A stretch of DNA of 64,000 nucleotides from a virus. The notes beneath the pieces are model-generated. The model did not search any database, was not told the DNA's origin, and saw nothing but the letters and a program-made list of their open reading frames with translations. How positions within the stretch are numbered: the stretch's first letter is position 1; every line of letters starts with the position of its first letter. Of this stretch, positions 52,910 to 61,541 are shown in pieces. The stretch covers positions 3,389 to 67,388 of the IMG/VR virus record IMGVR_UViG_3300033996_001333. One strand, 5' to 3'. A program made the translations under genes and the position numbers.

Positions 52910-53461
52910 ATGACCTCAGCAACTTGCACCGAAGCACTGACGCCAGCTGAAGCCACTCGGGTTGCTCACCGGATGTGCACATCACAAGGGCTCCCTCCGC
53001 TCCCGCATATCCCGGCGAATTTCCTACTCGCCCTTGACGCCTTAGAGGAGTGCACGTACAGAAACGTAGAAGACTTGGGAGGGTTGACACCCGAACAACA
53101 GGAAGCCAATCTCCTCCATGTCGCACTATGGATTGTTGAGCGCGACCGGAAAAACCTCCACATGGAGAGGTGGCACAAGCTCTGGTTTGACATTTCCCCA
53201 ACAACTTACGAAGACTGGTGCTTCTACGAGGAACCTTCGAACGAAGCCGGTTTTCACACGTGCGGGACCGTCCACTGTCTGGCGGGCTTCGCGCAGGTTA
53301 TGGGGGGGATTGGTGCTTTTGCTCTCACACCTGACGAAGCGGGAGAGGTGCTTCTCGGATCGAATGCAGCAGGCCACTTCTTCGACACTGACGAACAAGC
53401 ACTTGTTTTCCTGGAACAAGTTATTGAACGTAATTCCCATTCAGTACCCCCCACTGAGTAG
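52910..53461 (+). CDS. paralog D of the LPxLPHIP/CGTVHC family
   Basis: LPPLPHIPANF...EANLLHVALWIVERD...CGTVHCLAGFAQVMGG...FLEQVIERNS. A fourth copy 18 kb from the A-C cluster. Confidence 0.55.
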   Translation: MTSATCTEALTPAEATRVAHRMCTSQGLPPLPHIPANFLLALDALEECTYRNVEDLGGLTPEQQEANLLHVALWIVERDRKNLHMERWHKLWFDISPTTYEDWCFYEEPSNEAGFHTCGTVHCLAGFAQVMGGIGAFALTPDEAGEVLLGSNAAGHFFDTDEQALVFLEQVIERNSHSVPPTE

Positions 53462-53462
53462 T

Positions 53463-53756
53463 ATGAAAATCACGTATAACGCACCGTCGAAAGTTGAACG
53501 CACCGTCAAACTTAACGAGTCCGATTTCCCGCCCCTTTATGGCGCGATCCGAGACTGTTTCCTGCAGAGACTTAAATCTTTCGGCTTGTCCAACCCGTTC
53601 TTCCCCTTTGAGTACGAAGCGATCGAGTTCTGTCGCACGGCGGGAGTTGATACGACTAATCGCATAGACGTGGTCGAATTCTTTGAGACGCTTCTTTTGA
53701 GGGGAACCCCGGAAGTTTCAAACATTTCGGAGGAAGATGAAAACGGCAATCACTAG
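53463..53756 (+). CDS. hypothetical protein
   Basis: Internal ATG (MKITYNAPSK). Confidence 0.4.
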   Translation: MKITYNAPSKVERTVKLNESDFPPLYGAIRDCFLQRLKSFGLSNPFFPFEYEAIEFCRTAGVDTTNRIDVVEFFETLLLRGTPEVSNISEEDENGNH

Positions 53757-54180
53757 CTTAAGGGTGGCCGAGAAGGTTTCGGTGCAGTCGGGAGACTTCC
53801 CCGACATCCCCTATCTTATTGTCAACCTAACATGGAAAGTATCCCCCAACAGCACGCACTTTCAGTGGTTTCTCGACGATACGAAAGATATCGTGCAGCA
53901 GTTAAGCGTCGTAAATCCTGAAAAATGGGACGACCCGTTCTCACTATTCGAAATAGAATTTGAAAAAGTTTGGATTCCGCACGGAGATAGGTGGAAGTAC
54001 ATTCCAAAGTTCAACACTTTCTGGTACAAGGATTACGTTTCAGACTGCCCGGTCGTTAGGGCCACCTTAAAAGAGCTCGAACACTTTCAGCAGAGGGAAG
54101 AGTTTTCGTCGGAGTACCGGTTTTTTGATGAGAGTATTTTGTACAAGCATCTCTCGGTCTTGTGCACCTTTACGGACTGA
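53737..54180 (+). CDS. hypothetical protein
   Basis: 147 aa ORF. Confidence 0.45.
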   Translation: MKTAITSLRVAEKVSVQSGDFPDIPYLIVNLTWKVSPNSTHFQWFLDDTKDIVQQLSVVNPEKWDDPFSLFEIEFEKVWIPHGDRWKYIPKFNTFWYKDYVSDCPVVRATLKELEHFQQREEFSSEYRFFDESILYKHLSVLCTFTD

Positions 54181-54518
54181 TCCGGGTAAATTACACTATA
54201 CAGACCTTTCGCAGAGCAACGTTGGAACAAACGAATAAAGAGCCAGAATGTTGCCGCAGAAGTTTCGGCGCATCCTTGATTGACACAGCTAAACGAATGC
54301 TGGAAGATCCGTCGTTCGCCCCTCGCCAAGTGGCAAAGGACCGACTCGCACTTTGTGAGAGCAACGTGTGCGGATCCTTTGAAGAAAAAAGTTCAACCTG
54401 TGACGAGTGCGGATGCTTTCTTCCCGCTAAGACAACCATGGCAAACATGCGGTGCCCGCGAGACTACTGGGTTGAGTGGGTGAGAGGGGAGTCCAATGAC
54501 GCGGGAGAGGGGGCTTAA
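54162..54518 (+). CDS. Cys-rich hypothetical protein (possible zinc ribbon)
   Basis: CESNVCGSFEEKSSTCDECGC...MRCPRDYW. Confidence 0.35.
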   Translation: MHLYGLIRVNYTIQTFRRATLEQTNKEPECCRRSFGASLIDTAKRMLEDPSFAPRQVAKDRLALCESNVCGSFEEKSSTCDECGCFLPAKTTMANMRCPRDYWVEWVRGESNDAGEGA

Positions 54519-54580
54519 GTCAGGGGTGCCTTGCAGATAAGGTTTACTCCCCCTTGTGGAACGCTATTCTAAACGTGAAA

Positions 54581-54652
54581 GCCCTGGTAGCTCAGTGGAA
54601 GAGCACTGTCCTTCTAAGACACCGGTCGTGGGTTCGAATCCCCCTCAGGGCG
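54581..54652 (+). tRNA. tRNA-Arg (anticodon UCU)
   Basis: GCCCTGG-TA-GCTC-AGTGGAA-GAGC-A-CTGTC-CTTCTAA-GACAC-CGGTC-GTGGG-TTCGAAT-CCCCC-TCAGGGC-G. 72 nt, one mismatch each in the anticodon and T stems. Confidence 0.6.
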
Positions 54653-54696
54653 TCGGTTGCCTTTGCAGCCACACTAAACAACAACAACAATACAAA

Positions 54697-54861
54697 ATGG
54701 CAAATCTTTCTCTAGTTGATCGTGCCGCACGAATTAGCAACAAAAGCCCCAGGGGAGCAAAGCTCCTTCTGAAGCTCAGCGAGGCAATCACCGGCACTGA
54801 AGTTCAAAGGGCCCTTGACGAATTTGACTTGGCGTTCGGAGTTCAAACTCCCTCTGTCTGA
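54697..54861 (+). CDS. small hypothetical protein (54 aa)
   Basis: MANLSLVDRAARISNK... with an A-rich start context. Within track ORF 54556. Confidence 0.35.
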   Translation: MANLSLVDRAARISNKSPRGAKLLLKLSEAITGTEVQRALDEFDLAFGVQTPSV

Positions 54862-54903
54862 GCTTTACCTTGGGTTCCATCCCACACGGTGGTTCCCTTT
54901 CCT

Positions 54904-54992
54904 GGGCGTGTGGTGTACGGTGCACAGGGACCCTTATACAGTCCTCTCCGGCAGATTACCGGCTAGTTAGGGTTCGACTCCCTACACGCCTA
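54904..54992 (+). tRNA. class II-like tRNA (long variable arm), anticodon uncertain (possibly UAU)
   Basis: Acceptor GGGCGTG/CACGCCT, T-arm AGGG-TTCGACT-CCCT, variable hairpin CCGG-CAGATTA-CCGG. The anticodon stem GGACC/AGTCC has a 31-39 mismatch. 89 nt. Confidence 0.45.
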
Positions 54993-55082
54993 CTTAGTTT
55001 CAAGTCCTCGAAAACTCGTTAAAGAACACACCCACAGGTCATATCCGGTGAACGACACAGGAGTGGCCCACCACGGTGACAA

Positions 55083-55167
55083 GGAAGAGTGGCTGAGCGG
55101 CCGAAAGCAGCAGCTTCGAACACTGTAGAGGGTTAAACCTCCGGGGGTTCAAATCCCCCCTCTTCCG
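55083..55167 (+). tRNA. tRNA-Ser (anticodon CGA)
   Basis: GGAAGAG-TG-GCTGAGCGGCCGAAAGC, a class II D-arm aligning to E. coli tRNA-Ser. Anticodon loop TTCGAAC, variable arm GAGGGTTAAACCTC, T-arm GGGGG-TTCAAAT-CCCCC, acceptor CTCTTCC. Confidence 0.6.
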
Positions 55168-55234
55168 TTTACGGTTTCCCCTTTGAACACATAGAGGTTC
55201 AACGGCGCTAAAGAAACCGTTATACACATGCAAA

Positions 55235-55576
55235 ATGACAATTAAAGACAAACCGGAATTCGTGAATGAAGTAATTTCACGGGTGATTAACAACGCACCA
55301 ATAAGCGAAGTTCTCCGCGTATACTCTCTCTCCGTGAAAGCGGCAATTGACGAACTTGACGACGACGGCTTCTTTCAGGCCGTGCTTAACGCGGGGTACA
55401 CAGACCTGATTGAAAAGTACGCTGACTTAGACGACCTTGACGAATTTGTTGAGGGTTTCTCGGGTAGTGAGGGAAGTGTGGTCTACGAGAACACAGGAAG
55501 GTCGGAAGTTCAAAGTGCTCTTGACGAGCTTAACCTTGACGTTGGTCTGTGCCTGGACGAATGTTCCCCTTCCTAG
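55235..55576 (+). CDS. hypothetical acidic protein
   Basis: 113 aa ORF. Confidence 0.45.
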   Translation: MTIKDKPEFVNEVISRVINNAPISEVLRVYSLSVKAAIDELDDDGFFQAVLNAGYTDLIEKYADLDDLDEFVEGFSGSEGSVVYENTGRSEVQSALDELNLDVGLCLDECSPS

Positions 55577-55755
55577 ACGAGACTGACTGGCTTTTGCCTC
55601 TGAGGCAAGCGTCCTTTTTAGCAGAGAAGCGCGCACTATCCTTGGAAAGTCGCGTAAGAGAACTGAGGCGAACTAAGCGGAAACTGAGGCAGAGGAGAGT
55701 AGAGCTACAGAAAGAAGAGTCTCAGATTCTGCGGGCTATACTTAAAACCCGGTGA
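55549..55755 (+). CDS. hypothetical basic protein
   Basis: 68 aa, Arg/Lys-rich C-terminus. Confidence 0.35.
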   Translation: MPGRMFPFLDETDWLLPLRQASFLAEKRALSLESRVRELRRTKRKLRQRRVELQKEESQILRAILKTR

Positions 55756-55756
55756 A

Positions 55757-55803
55757 AGGGGACGGTTTCCACCCTTGCCTTTCTGGATCAAAGGGGCTAT
55801 AAT
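55757..55803 (+). promoter_or_regulatory. intergenic element copy 27
   Basis: GGGGACGGTTTCCACCCTTGCCTTTCTGGATCAAAGGGGCTATAAT. Confidence 0.55.
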
Positions 55804-55833
55804 GGGTGTGTAAGCGAGCTTAGTTCTTCAAGT

Positions 55834-56358
55834 ATGAAGCGTGCCATCAAAATTGACGGCAAGGTTACCGTCCCCAATTTCACTATTGAAAAACTCCTGC
55901 GGTCGGTGTCAGAAGACGCAGCGGGCACCAGTAGGTCCGACCCACGGTTGTGGACTCTCGGCGATGTCGGGTCCAAGCCAGTGCCGGACTGGCTTCGCTC
56001 CACTTTGCAAGAGGCACTTTTGCTTCTAAATCGTGCAGAACAGCAATACAGGTTTCCATCCCCGACTGAAAATATGCGTCGCGAGGGCGCCACGGTTGTG
56101 TACGGGAAAGGGTCCGTAGGTTCGCACGAAGACTACGAAATGACTGGTTTGTCTCTCTTGGTTTTTCTCGGGGGGCACACCCCTGACGACGAAGCACCCT
56201 ACGGCAGCCAGCTCATATCTGAAGGCGAATTTTACGCTGGCGGAAAAATGACATTGATGAGGCCAGGGGACGCGCTAGTTTTTGACGATAGGAAAACGCA
56301 CTCTTGGATGGCCAACGGCTGCTGGTTCTTTATCGTTAGCCCCCTCAACAAAGTTTAG
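55834..56358 (+). CDS. hypothetical protein
   Basis: 174 aa ORF. Confidence 0.5.
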   Translation: MKRAIKIDGKVTVPNFTIEKLLRSVSEDAAGTSRSDPRLWTLGDVGSKPVPDWLRSTLQEALLLLNRAEQQYRFPSPTENMRREGATVVYGKGSVGSHEDYEMTGLSLLVFLGGHTPDDEAPYGSQLISEGEFYAGGKMTLMRPGDALVFDDRKTHSWMANGCWFFIVSPLNKV

Positions 56359-56359
56359 T

Positions 56360-56569
56360 ATGCCAAAACTTCTCCCACTTAATTCTTTCGTCGAACAAGT
56401 TGCACAACATTCCTTTAACAACTGGGATGGTGGCGGAGACGGCAGAATTGCGGACTTATTTTGGCCTGCGATTATCTACGGTGTGCCTGAAGTTGATTTA
56501 GAAAGGAAGGTTAGGGCAAAGTTTCAGGACATAAAAGCTGAGTATAACGAAAGATTCATCTTCAACTAA
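56360..56569 (+). CDS. hypothetical protein
   Basis: Internal ATG (MPKLLPLNSF). Confidence 0.4.
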   Translation: MPKLLPLNSFVEQVAQHSFNNWDGGGDGRIADLFWPAIIYGVPEVDLERKVRAKFQDIKAEYNERFIFN

Positions 56570-56587
56570 CCAACCGACAAGTGAAAG

Positions 56588-57193
56588 GTGCCGAAAAGTA
56601 TTCTCTGCCAAATTAACCCCCGAGGGCGCCTACAAAAACCTGAAACACTTCAGGAGTACGGAAAGCTTCGGGACTACATGATTCAAAGGCCCTGGGAGTC
56701 GCTCAGTGACGGGGACTTCATTGAGCTAGTTACCGAGAAAGGTTGCACCTTTTACGGTTGCCTGTTCAAAGGACTCGACCTCATGGAACTTCAGTATCAG
56801 CGTTTGTGCTGGCATACGCAAACTCTCATTGGAGTGGACTTTGACAAGTGCGAAGTTCACCCCGAGAAAATGGTCAAGCTTTACACTGAGCTAGGCTACA
56901 AGCCTTGGCTCGCTTACCGAACGTTTTCTGACGGCCAACACCTTGGAAAAAGCTCCTACCGGCTCCTGTGGAAAGTTGACGTGAATCTAAATGTTTCCTA
57001 CGAAGAAACTCATGGCTTTATCAAAGCACTTGCCGCGTTAGCTGGGAAAGGGGTGGCGGACAAGCATAGCATGGACCCTAGCCGAATGTGGCAAGGTTCT
57101 CGAAAGGGATACGTGCACTACGACCCTGACGCCCCTTTGCTCGACCTGACGGGGCATCCGGTCCCGAAAACACCTAAAACACCTGACACTTAG
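56588..57193 (+). CDS. hypothetical protein
   Basis: 201 aa with a GTG start. Confidence 0.45.
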   Translation: MPKSILCQINPRGRLQKPETLQEYGKLRDYMIQRPWESLSDGDFIELVTEKGCTFYGCLFKGLDLMELQYQRLCWHTQTLIGVDFDKCEVHPEKMVKLYTELGYKPWLAYRTFSDGQHLGKSSYRLLWKVDVNLNVSYEETHGFIKALAALAGKGVADKHSMDPSRMWQGSRKGYVHYDPDAPLLDLTGHPVPKTPKTPDT

Positions 57194-57202
57194 AAAACAT
57201 CT

Positions 57203-57706
57203 GTGAAAACCGCTGTAACGTTTGGTCGGTTTAACATTGGTCATCCTGGCCACGTTGAGCTAGTTAAAAAGTTACTCACCCTCGGTTCGACCGCTAAAGT
57301 ATATGTGTCCGTGGGGAGAAAGAACAACGATTGGGACCTTCGAGTTTTACTTCTGCGAACGCTATGCCGCCAAGCAAGCATTGACCTGAGTAGGGTATCA
57401 TTTCTAAAGGCCATCGATCCCTATGCGGGGTTGTCAGATGTGCTAAAAAGCAGGAAGCCAAGCGAGGTGGTTCTCGTTCTGGGGTCTGACCAAGCTTCAC
57501 TCGGACTGCAACTTTCGCACTGCTTTGGTGTTTCTTTTCACGAGAACGAACGAAGTGGTTCGAGCACGGCACTAAGAAAGGTTTTAGACCAAGGCAAAAC
57601 TCCTGCGCCTTTCCAGGGAAACAGGTACGCTTTTAAACTTGCAACACTCTTGAGGCACAATGAAAAGTTCCGAAAAGCTCAAAGAAAAGTTAAGGCGTCT
57701 GCTTAA
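57203..57706 (+). CDS. cytidylyltransferase-fold nucleotidyltransferase, NMN adenylyltransferase (NadM)-like
   Basis: TFGRFNIGHPGHVELVKK resembles the (H/T)xGH motif GRFQPFHxGH of NadM-type NMNAT. GTG start. Confidence 0.5.
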   Translation: MKTAVTFGRFNIGHPGHVELVKKLLTLGSTAKVYVSVGRKNNDWDLRVLLLRTLCRQASIDLSRVSFLKAIDPYAGLSDVLKSRKPSEVVLVLGSDQASLGLQLSHCFGVSFHENERSGSSTALRKVLDQGKTPAPFQGNRYAFKLATLLRHNEKFRKAQRKVKASA

Positions 57707-57881
57707 GGGCTGCCCTGGCGTCAAAGTGGGTGCGTCATGGCCCTGGAACGACCTGGAGTTTAGAGAGATTGCCTGGGTGGTTCAAGACTATGTGAACAAC
57801 AGTGGGGACGTTGTGAATGAGGACCCTCTTCATGAGTGGGTTGAAGAGTATAACTTTTTCCGGTCTGAGACCAAAAGCTAA
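57660..57881 (+). CDS. hypothetical protein
   Basis: 73 aa ORF. Confidence 0.35.
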   Translation: MKSSEKLKEKLRRLLKGCPGVKVGASWPWNDLEFREIAWVVQDYVNNSGDVVNEDPLHEWVEEYNFFRSETKS

Positions 57882-57887
57882 AGTTGG

Positions 57888-57950
57888 CCGGTAAACCGCT
57901 TGTCCTTGGGCGGTTTCCCGCCTTGCCCTGACGAGGAATAACGGTATAAT
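57888..57950 (+). promoter_or_regulatory. intergenic element copy 28 (double motif)
   Basis: CCGGTAAACCGCTTGTCCTTGGGCGGTTTCCCGCCTTGCCCTGACGAGGAATAACGGTATAAT. Confidence 0.55.
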
Positions 57951-57956
57951 ATAAAT

Positions 57957-58421
57957 ATGGAAAACAACCTCGAAGCATATGTGATGGTCGGTGCCCCTGG
58001 CTCCGGTAAGTCAACCCATGTGGCTAAGCTACTAGAGCTTCACCCAGATGCCGTTGTACTTTCCGGCGATGAAATCCGCGCCGAGCTCTACGGGAACGCG
58101 GACATTCAGGGAAATTACGTAGAAATCCACGACCGCATGCTTGAGATTCTGGAGGAGAGTGTCGGTCGCACCGTGATTATGGACGGAACACATTACAGGG
58201 CAGCTTACCGCAAGGAAGCAGTTGCCATGCTAAACTCGTACGGTTACTGCAAAATCACCGCTGTTGTCCTTGACAAGCCTCTCGCCGTTTGCTTGCGGCA
58301 AAATGCCTCTCGCGACCGCAAGGTTCCGGAAGAAGTAATTGAGCGCATGCACGCCTCCTTACAAGCTTCCCTCAAGAATATCACCAACGAACCCTTCCAC
58401 CGTACTGACTTTGTATACTGA
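57957..58421 (+). CDS. P-loop polynucleotide kinase-like protein (T4 Pnk kinase-domain-like)
   Basis: VMVGAPGSGKST Walker A motif. 154 aa, about the size of the Pnk kinase module. Confidence 0.55.
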   Translation: MENNLEAYVMVGAPGSGKSTHVAKLLELHPDAVVLSGDEIRAELYGNADIQGNYVEIHDRMLEILEESVGRTVIMDGTHYRAAYRKEAVAMLNSYGYCKITAVVLDKPLAVCLRQNASRDRKVPEEVIERMHASLQASLKNITNEPFHRTDFVY

Positions 58422-58425
58422 CGAA

Positions 58426-59133
58426 ATGATAACTTACGACGAAAAGTTACACCCAGGTGACGTAGTTGCCCTTGGTGACATTCACGCGACCTGGACTCTT
58501 TTCGAACAATTTCTAAATTGGGTGAAAGGGTCTCAAGCCACCGTCATACTTTTAGGTGACATGATTGATCGTGGTAGGGGCGACCTGAAAGTTTTGGAGT
58601 ATACGAAAAAGCTCCTCGACGATCCGGAAAGTTGGGGGCTTCAAGCCTTTTATGCCCTGATGGGGAACCACGAGAGGATGTTTCTTGACGCCCTTGACGA
58701 CCCAAGTAGTTACGCTCTGTGGATTCAAAACGGCGGAAACTATGACCAGGTGGGTGAGATGGAAAGAAAGCATAAGGAGTGGATTCGGGAGCTGCCCTTA
58801 TACATGACAATTGCGGACACTCTCTTCATTCACGCGGGGATCTACCCCGGTCACGACCCTGCAAAGCTCATTGTCGATGGAAGGGGGGAGGCACTGCTAT
58901 GGATTCGTCAACCTTTCTTGACCTATGGGCCGGAATTCGAAGGGTGGAACCCGAGACTGAAGAAAGTTGTTCACGGGCATACTCCCACCAACTTCGAAGA
59001 GCCCCCACAGGACTATATCCCGATTGTGATGGGGCAACGCGTAAATATTGACACATGCGCATACTCCAAGCCAAAGGGTCGCCTAACCGCTTACAACGTT
59101 ACTCGAAATACTTTTCACCAGTTCTCACGGTAA
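58426..59133 (+). CDS. calcineurin-like metallophosphoesterase (lambda phosphatase/Pnkp phosphoesterase-like)
   Basis: VVALGDIHATW...ILLGDMIDRGRG...MGNHE matches GDxHG / GDxxDRG / GNHE. Confidence 0.65.
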   Translation: MITYDEKLHPGDVVALGDIHATWTLFEQFLNWVKGSQATVILLGDMIDRGRGDLKVLEYTKKLLDDPESWGLQAFYALMGNHERMFLDALDDPSSYALWIQNGGNYDQVGEMERKHKEWIRELPLYMTIADTLFIHAGIYPGHDPAKLIVDGRGEALLWIRQPFLTYGPEFEGWNPRLKKVVHGHTPTNFEEPPQDYIPIVMGQRVNIDTCAYSKPKGRLTAYNVTRNTFHQFSR

Positions 59134-59176
59134 CCTTACAAGGACTAGTATAGAGCCAAGTTCCGACACCAAAACA

Positions 59177-60061
59177 ATGAAACTGCTTCTCGTAGACACA
59201 TCTGCACTATTTTATCGCTCTCGATCAGCTCTCTGTCGAGCTATGGGTGAAATGGTTACGAGCTATGGAGCTCCAGTAACTGGGACTTATGGGTTTTGCA
59301 ACGCCTTACTTGCCGTGATGGCTCAGTACGAGTACGATTGCGTAGTTCCTTGTACAGATAAAGGTGGAAACTTTCGCAAGAAAGAATCCGGTACTTATAA
59401 GGCGAACCGAGAAAAAGCCAGCGTTGAGCACTACTCCGACCTTTCCCTCCTGGTTGAAGACGTCCTTCCAGCTCTTGGCTTTTCGCCAGTGGGTGCCCAG
59501 GGTTTTGAGGCGGACGATGTTGTAGCCCATATTTCTCGTAACTCTCCTGGATATAGTGAAGTTCACATTTTGACTTGCGACAAGGACTTGCTTCAGCTTG
59601 TCAACGACAGAGTAAAGGTACTGCTTTTCAACTCAGCTAAGAAAATGGAGCTGGTTGACATTGAGGGGGTTAAAGGGCACTTCGGTGTTCCCCCCTCAGA
59701 CGTCAAGTTCTTCAAGGCTTTGTCTGGGGACTCCTCAGATAACATATCAGGTGTCTCCGGCGTTGGCCCGAAAACCGCTGTGAAGATAATCCAAGAGTGC
59801 CACACCAGCGGTACAAACTCAGAGCTGTCGCTCACCGATCGAATCGCGTTCCATCCTAAGGTGGTTTCAACTGCGTCCACATTCTTTAGTAACCTTCGCT
59901 TGGTCACTCTTGAGAACGACGTCCCCGACATGTCGTGGTACGCCTCTTCACCGCCGTCTGAACAGAGTGTAAAAGCAGTCTTTGAGGGCTTAGAGTTCAA
60001 GTCATACTTAAAGCCAGCACGGTTGAGCAAGATTCTGGAAACACTCAAGGTTGTTTCGTAG
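59177..60061 (+). CDS. 5'-3' exonuclease / flap endonuclease (T4 RNase H-like)
   Basis: MKLLLVDTSALFYRS, FEADDVVAHI and ILTCDKDLLQLV align to T4 RNase H. H3TH motif GVSGVGPKTAVKII. Confidence 0.7.
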   Translation: MKLLLVDTSALFYRSRSALCRAMGEMVTSYGAPVTGTYGFCNALLAVMAQYEYDCVVPCTDKGGNFRKKESGTYKANREKASVEHYSDLSLLVEDVLPALGFSPVGAQGFEADDVVAHISRNSPGYSEVHILTCDKDLLQLVNDRVKVLLFNSAKKMELVDIEGVKGHFGVPPSDVKFFKALSGDSSDNISGVSGVGPKTAVKIIQECHTSGTNSELSLTDRIAFHPKVVSTASTFFSNLRLVTLENDVPDMSWYASSPPSEQSVKAVFEGLEFKSYLKPARLSKILETLKVVS

Positions 60062-60338
60062 GACGAATAACTACCGATCACACCTTCGGACCATGAAATA
60101 CCCACGTGTCCGCCCCAGACTCACTTACCTCCGCATCCTTGGAAATATTGCGTTGGTAGTTGGACAATTTGTTTTGCTTTTCTTGGACCGCAAGGTGGGC
60201 CTATTAATTCTGATTACAGGGAGCACTCTGAGCCTTCCATTCTTTGTAAAGAAAAAGCAGTGGGATGTGGTAGCTGTCATCGTAGTAGGAATTACCCTGA
60301 ACGTCTTTGGGCTAATACACAATCCAGTCCCTAACTAG
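60051..60338 (+). CDS. membrane protein
   Basis: Three hydrophobic segments. 95 aa. Confidence 0.4.
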   Translation: MFRRTNNYRSHLRTMKYPRVRPRLTYLRILGNIALVVGQFVLLFLDRKVGLLILITGSTLSLPFFVKKKQWDVVAVIVVGITLNVFGLIHNPVPN

Positions 60339-60353
60339 TCCTTGTGGGAGAGT

Positions 60354-60420
60354 GGGCGGTTAGCCCTCCTTCATGGGGCGGTTTTCGCCCTTTGTTTCTG
60401 CCTCGCAGAAACGGTATAGT
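60354..60420 (+). promoter_or_regulatory. intergenic element copy 29 (double motif)
   Basis: GGGCGGTTAGCCCTCCTTCATGGGGCGGTTTTCGCCCTTTGTTTCTGCCTCGCAGAAACGGTATAGT. Confidence 0.6.
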
Positions 60421-60422
60421 AA

Positions 60423-60860
60423 ATGTATGGAAAACGACTCAGTCCGCTCCAAACTTGGACCCCGCCAAAAGGGCCGAAAACGAAAAGGCAGGGCCAAGCC
60501 CCAAGCTCTTCGCCAAGCGAGAGCTCGCCGCGCCAGCCTCCTTCAAAAGTTGACCCCTCAGTCCCACCCGCAAGCAAAGCAATGACCTGCACCCCTGCCA
60601 CTGAGAAGAGTGAAACTAATGCTTCTGCCCTTGCGTCTGAGTACAACGGGGTTTGGGCGTCTGTTCACGATGCCCGAAAGAAGCTTATCCAAGCGAACTG
60701 CCCCTCTCGCGGTACTAGGGATGAGGAAGCATGGGAGTTATTCTGCGAGGAACGGGAAGCGGCTCTTGAAAAGCTCAGGCAAGTAGAGGACTACCTCATG
60801 GACTTGGCTTTCCAGTACTCCTGCGAAGCTTCTCGCAACCTTTCTGTGGAGCATGTGTAG
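60423..60860 (+). CDS. hypothetical protein (the first 50 codons overlap an alternative basic 52-aa ORF 60428..60586 in another frame)
   Basis: The C-terminal half is coding-like. The N-terminal part is low-complexity. The alternative frame encodes MENDSVRSKLGPRQKGRKRKGRAKPQALRQARARR... Confidence 0.35.
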   Translation: MYGKRLSPLQTWTPPKGPKTKRQGQAPSSSPSESSPRQPPSKVDPSVPPASKAMTCTPATEKSETNASALASEYNGVWASVHDARKKLIQANCPSRGTRDEEAWELFCEEREAALEKLRQVEDYLMDLAFQYSCEASRNLSVEHV

Positions 60861-60863
60861 GAC

Positions 60864-61193
60864 ATGGAAAACAGCAACTTAAGCAAAATTAAGCCGAAAC
60901 TGCGAACGAACGGCAGAGTCTCGGGGAACTTCGGAAGGAACAAAATCCAAGGTAAACTAGGAACCCTGGACATCAGCTCTGAGGTACTGAACAAGGAAAA
61001 CCTGCAGATCCCAAACCGGGCCGCAGTTTACGAGCGACTCGAACAAGCCTATAATACCACCACGGACCCTAAACTTAGGGCCACCCTGGCTGAAATGCTT
61101 AGAAAGCGAAAAGCTACGGTCCGAGTCAGAGATGTGACGAAAACCAGCAAACCACGATCAGACTACTGGGATGAGGTCAACCGTGTTCGATAA
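60864..61193 (+). CDS. hypothetical protein
   Basis: 109 aa ORF. Confidence 0.45.
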   Translation: MENSNLSKIKPKLRTNGRVSGNFGRNKIQGKLGTLDISSEVLNKENLQIPNRAAVYERLEQAYNTTTDPKLRATLAEMLRKRKATVRVRDVTKTSKPRSDYWDEVNRVR

Positions 61194-61422
61194 ACCTGCC
61201 CCGTACAAGTCACCCCTTCGAGTTGGGTTTAACTTCCCATCGTTCGTAACCTACAAGTGCCCCACTACGGATGTACTCGTGGGAAAAGTTTACAAAAATG
61301 CCGAAGGAAAGTGGTATCTTACCTCTTCGTACCTAAGGTGGCAACCAATCGAGGTTTTCACTAAGATAGGGGGCTTTCTCTTCCTAAACCAACTTCACAA
61401 GAGGCGACACCATACCCAATGA
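61171..61422 (+). CDS. hypothetical protein
   Basis: 83 aa ORF. Confidence 0.4.
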   Translation: MRSTVFDKPAPYKSPLRVGFNFPSFVTYKCPTTDVLVGKVYKNAEGKWYLTSSYLRWQPIEVFTKIGGFLFLNQLHKRRHHTQ

Positions 61423-61541
61423 AACCAACAAACCCCACTCGAACACTCAACCATCTGAACCTTGTTAAGAAGGGTACCCAGAAGAGGGTGGCACTCTACA
61501 AGGCTCAGCTTGAAATGGCCAAAAAACCACAATCCTAACCC

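Noticed and set aside
1692-60420. The about 29 hairpin repeats as a possible CRISPR array or a set of MITE-like transposons.
   Set aside because: Spacing is irregular (0.3-6 kb) and always intergenic. Copies are oriented identically just upstream of start codons. There are no target-site duplications or terminal inverted repeats beyond the internal hairpins. A regulatory terminator/promoter role fits better.
418-60646. All − strand ORFs in the six-frame track, for example 1095..1457, 13729..14292, 14791..15363, 21675..22127, 59593..60105.
   Set aside because: They lie antisense within + strand genes that have clear motifs. They lack upstream intergenic elements or start contexts, and most are low-complexity Arg/Ser/Pro-rich translations typical of antisense frames.
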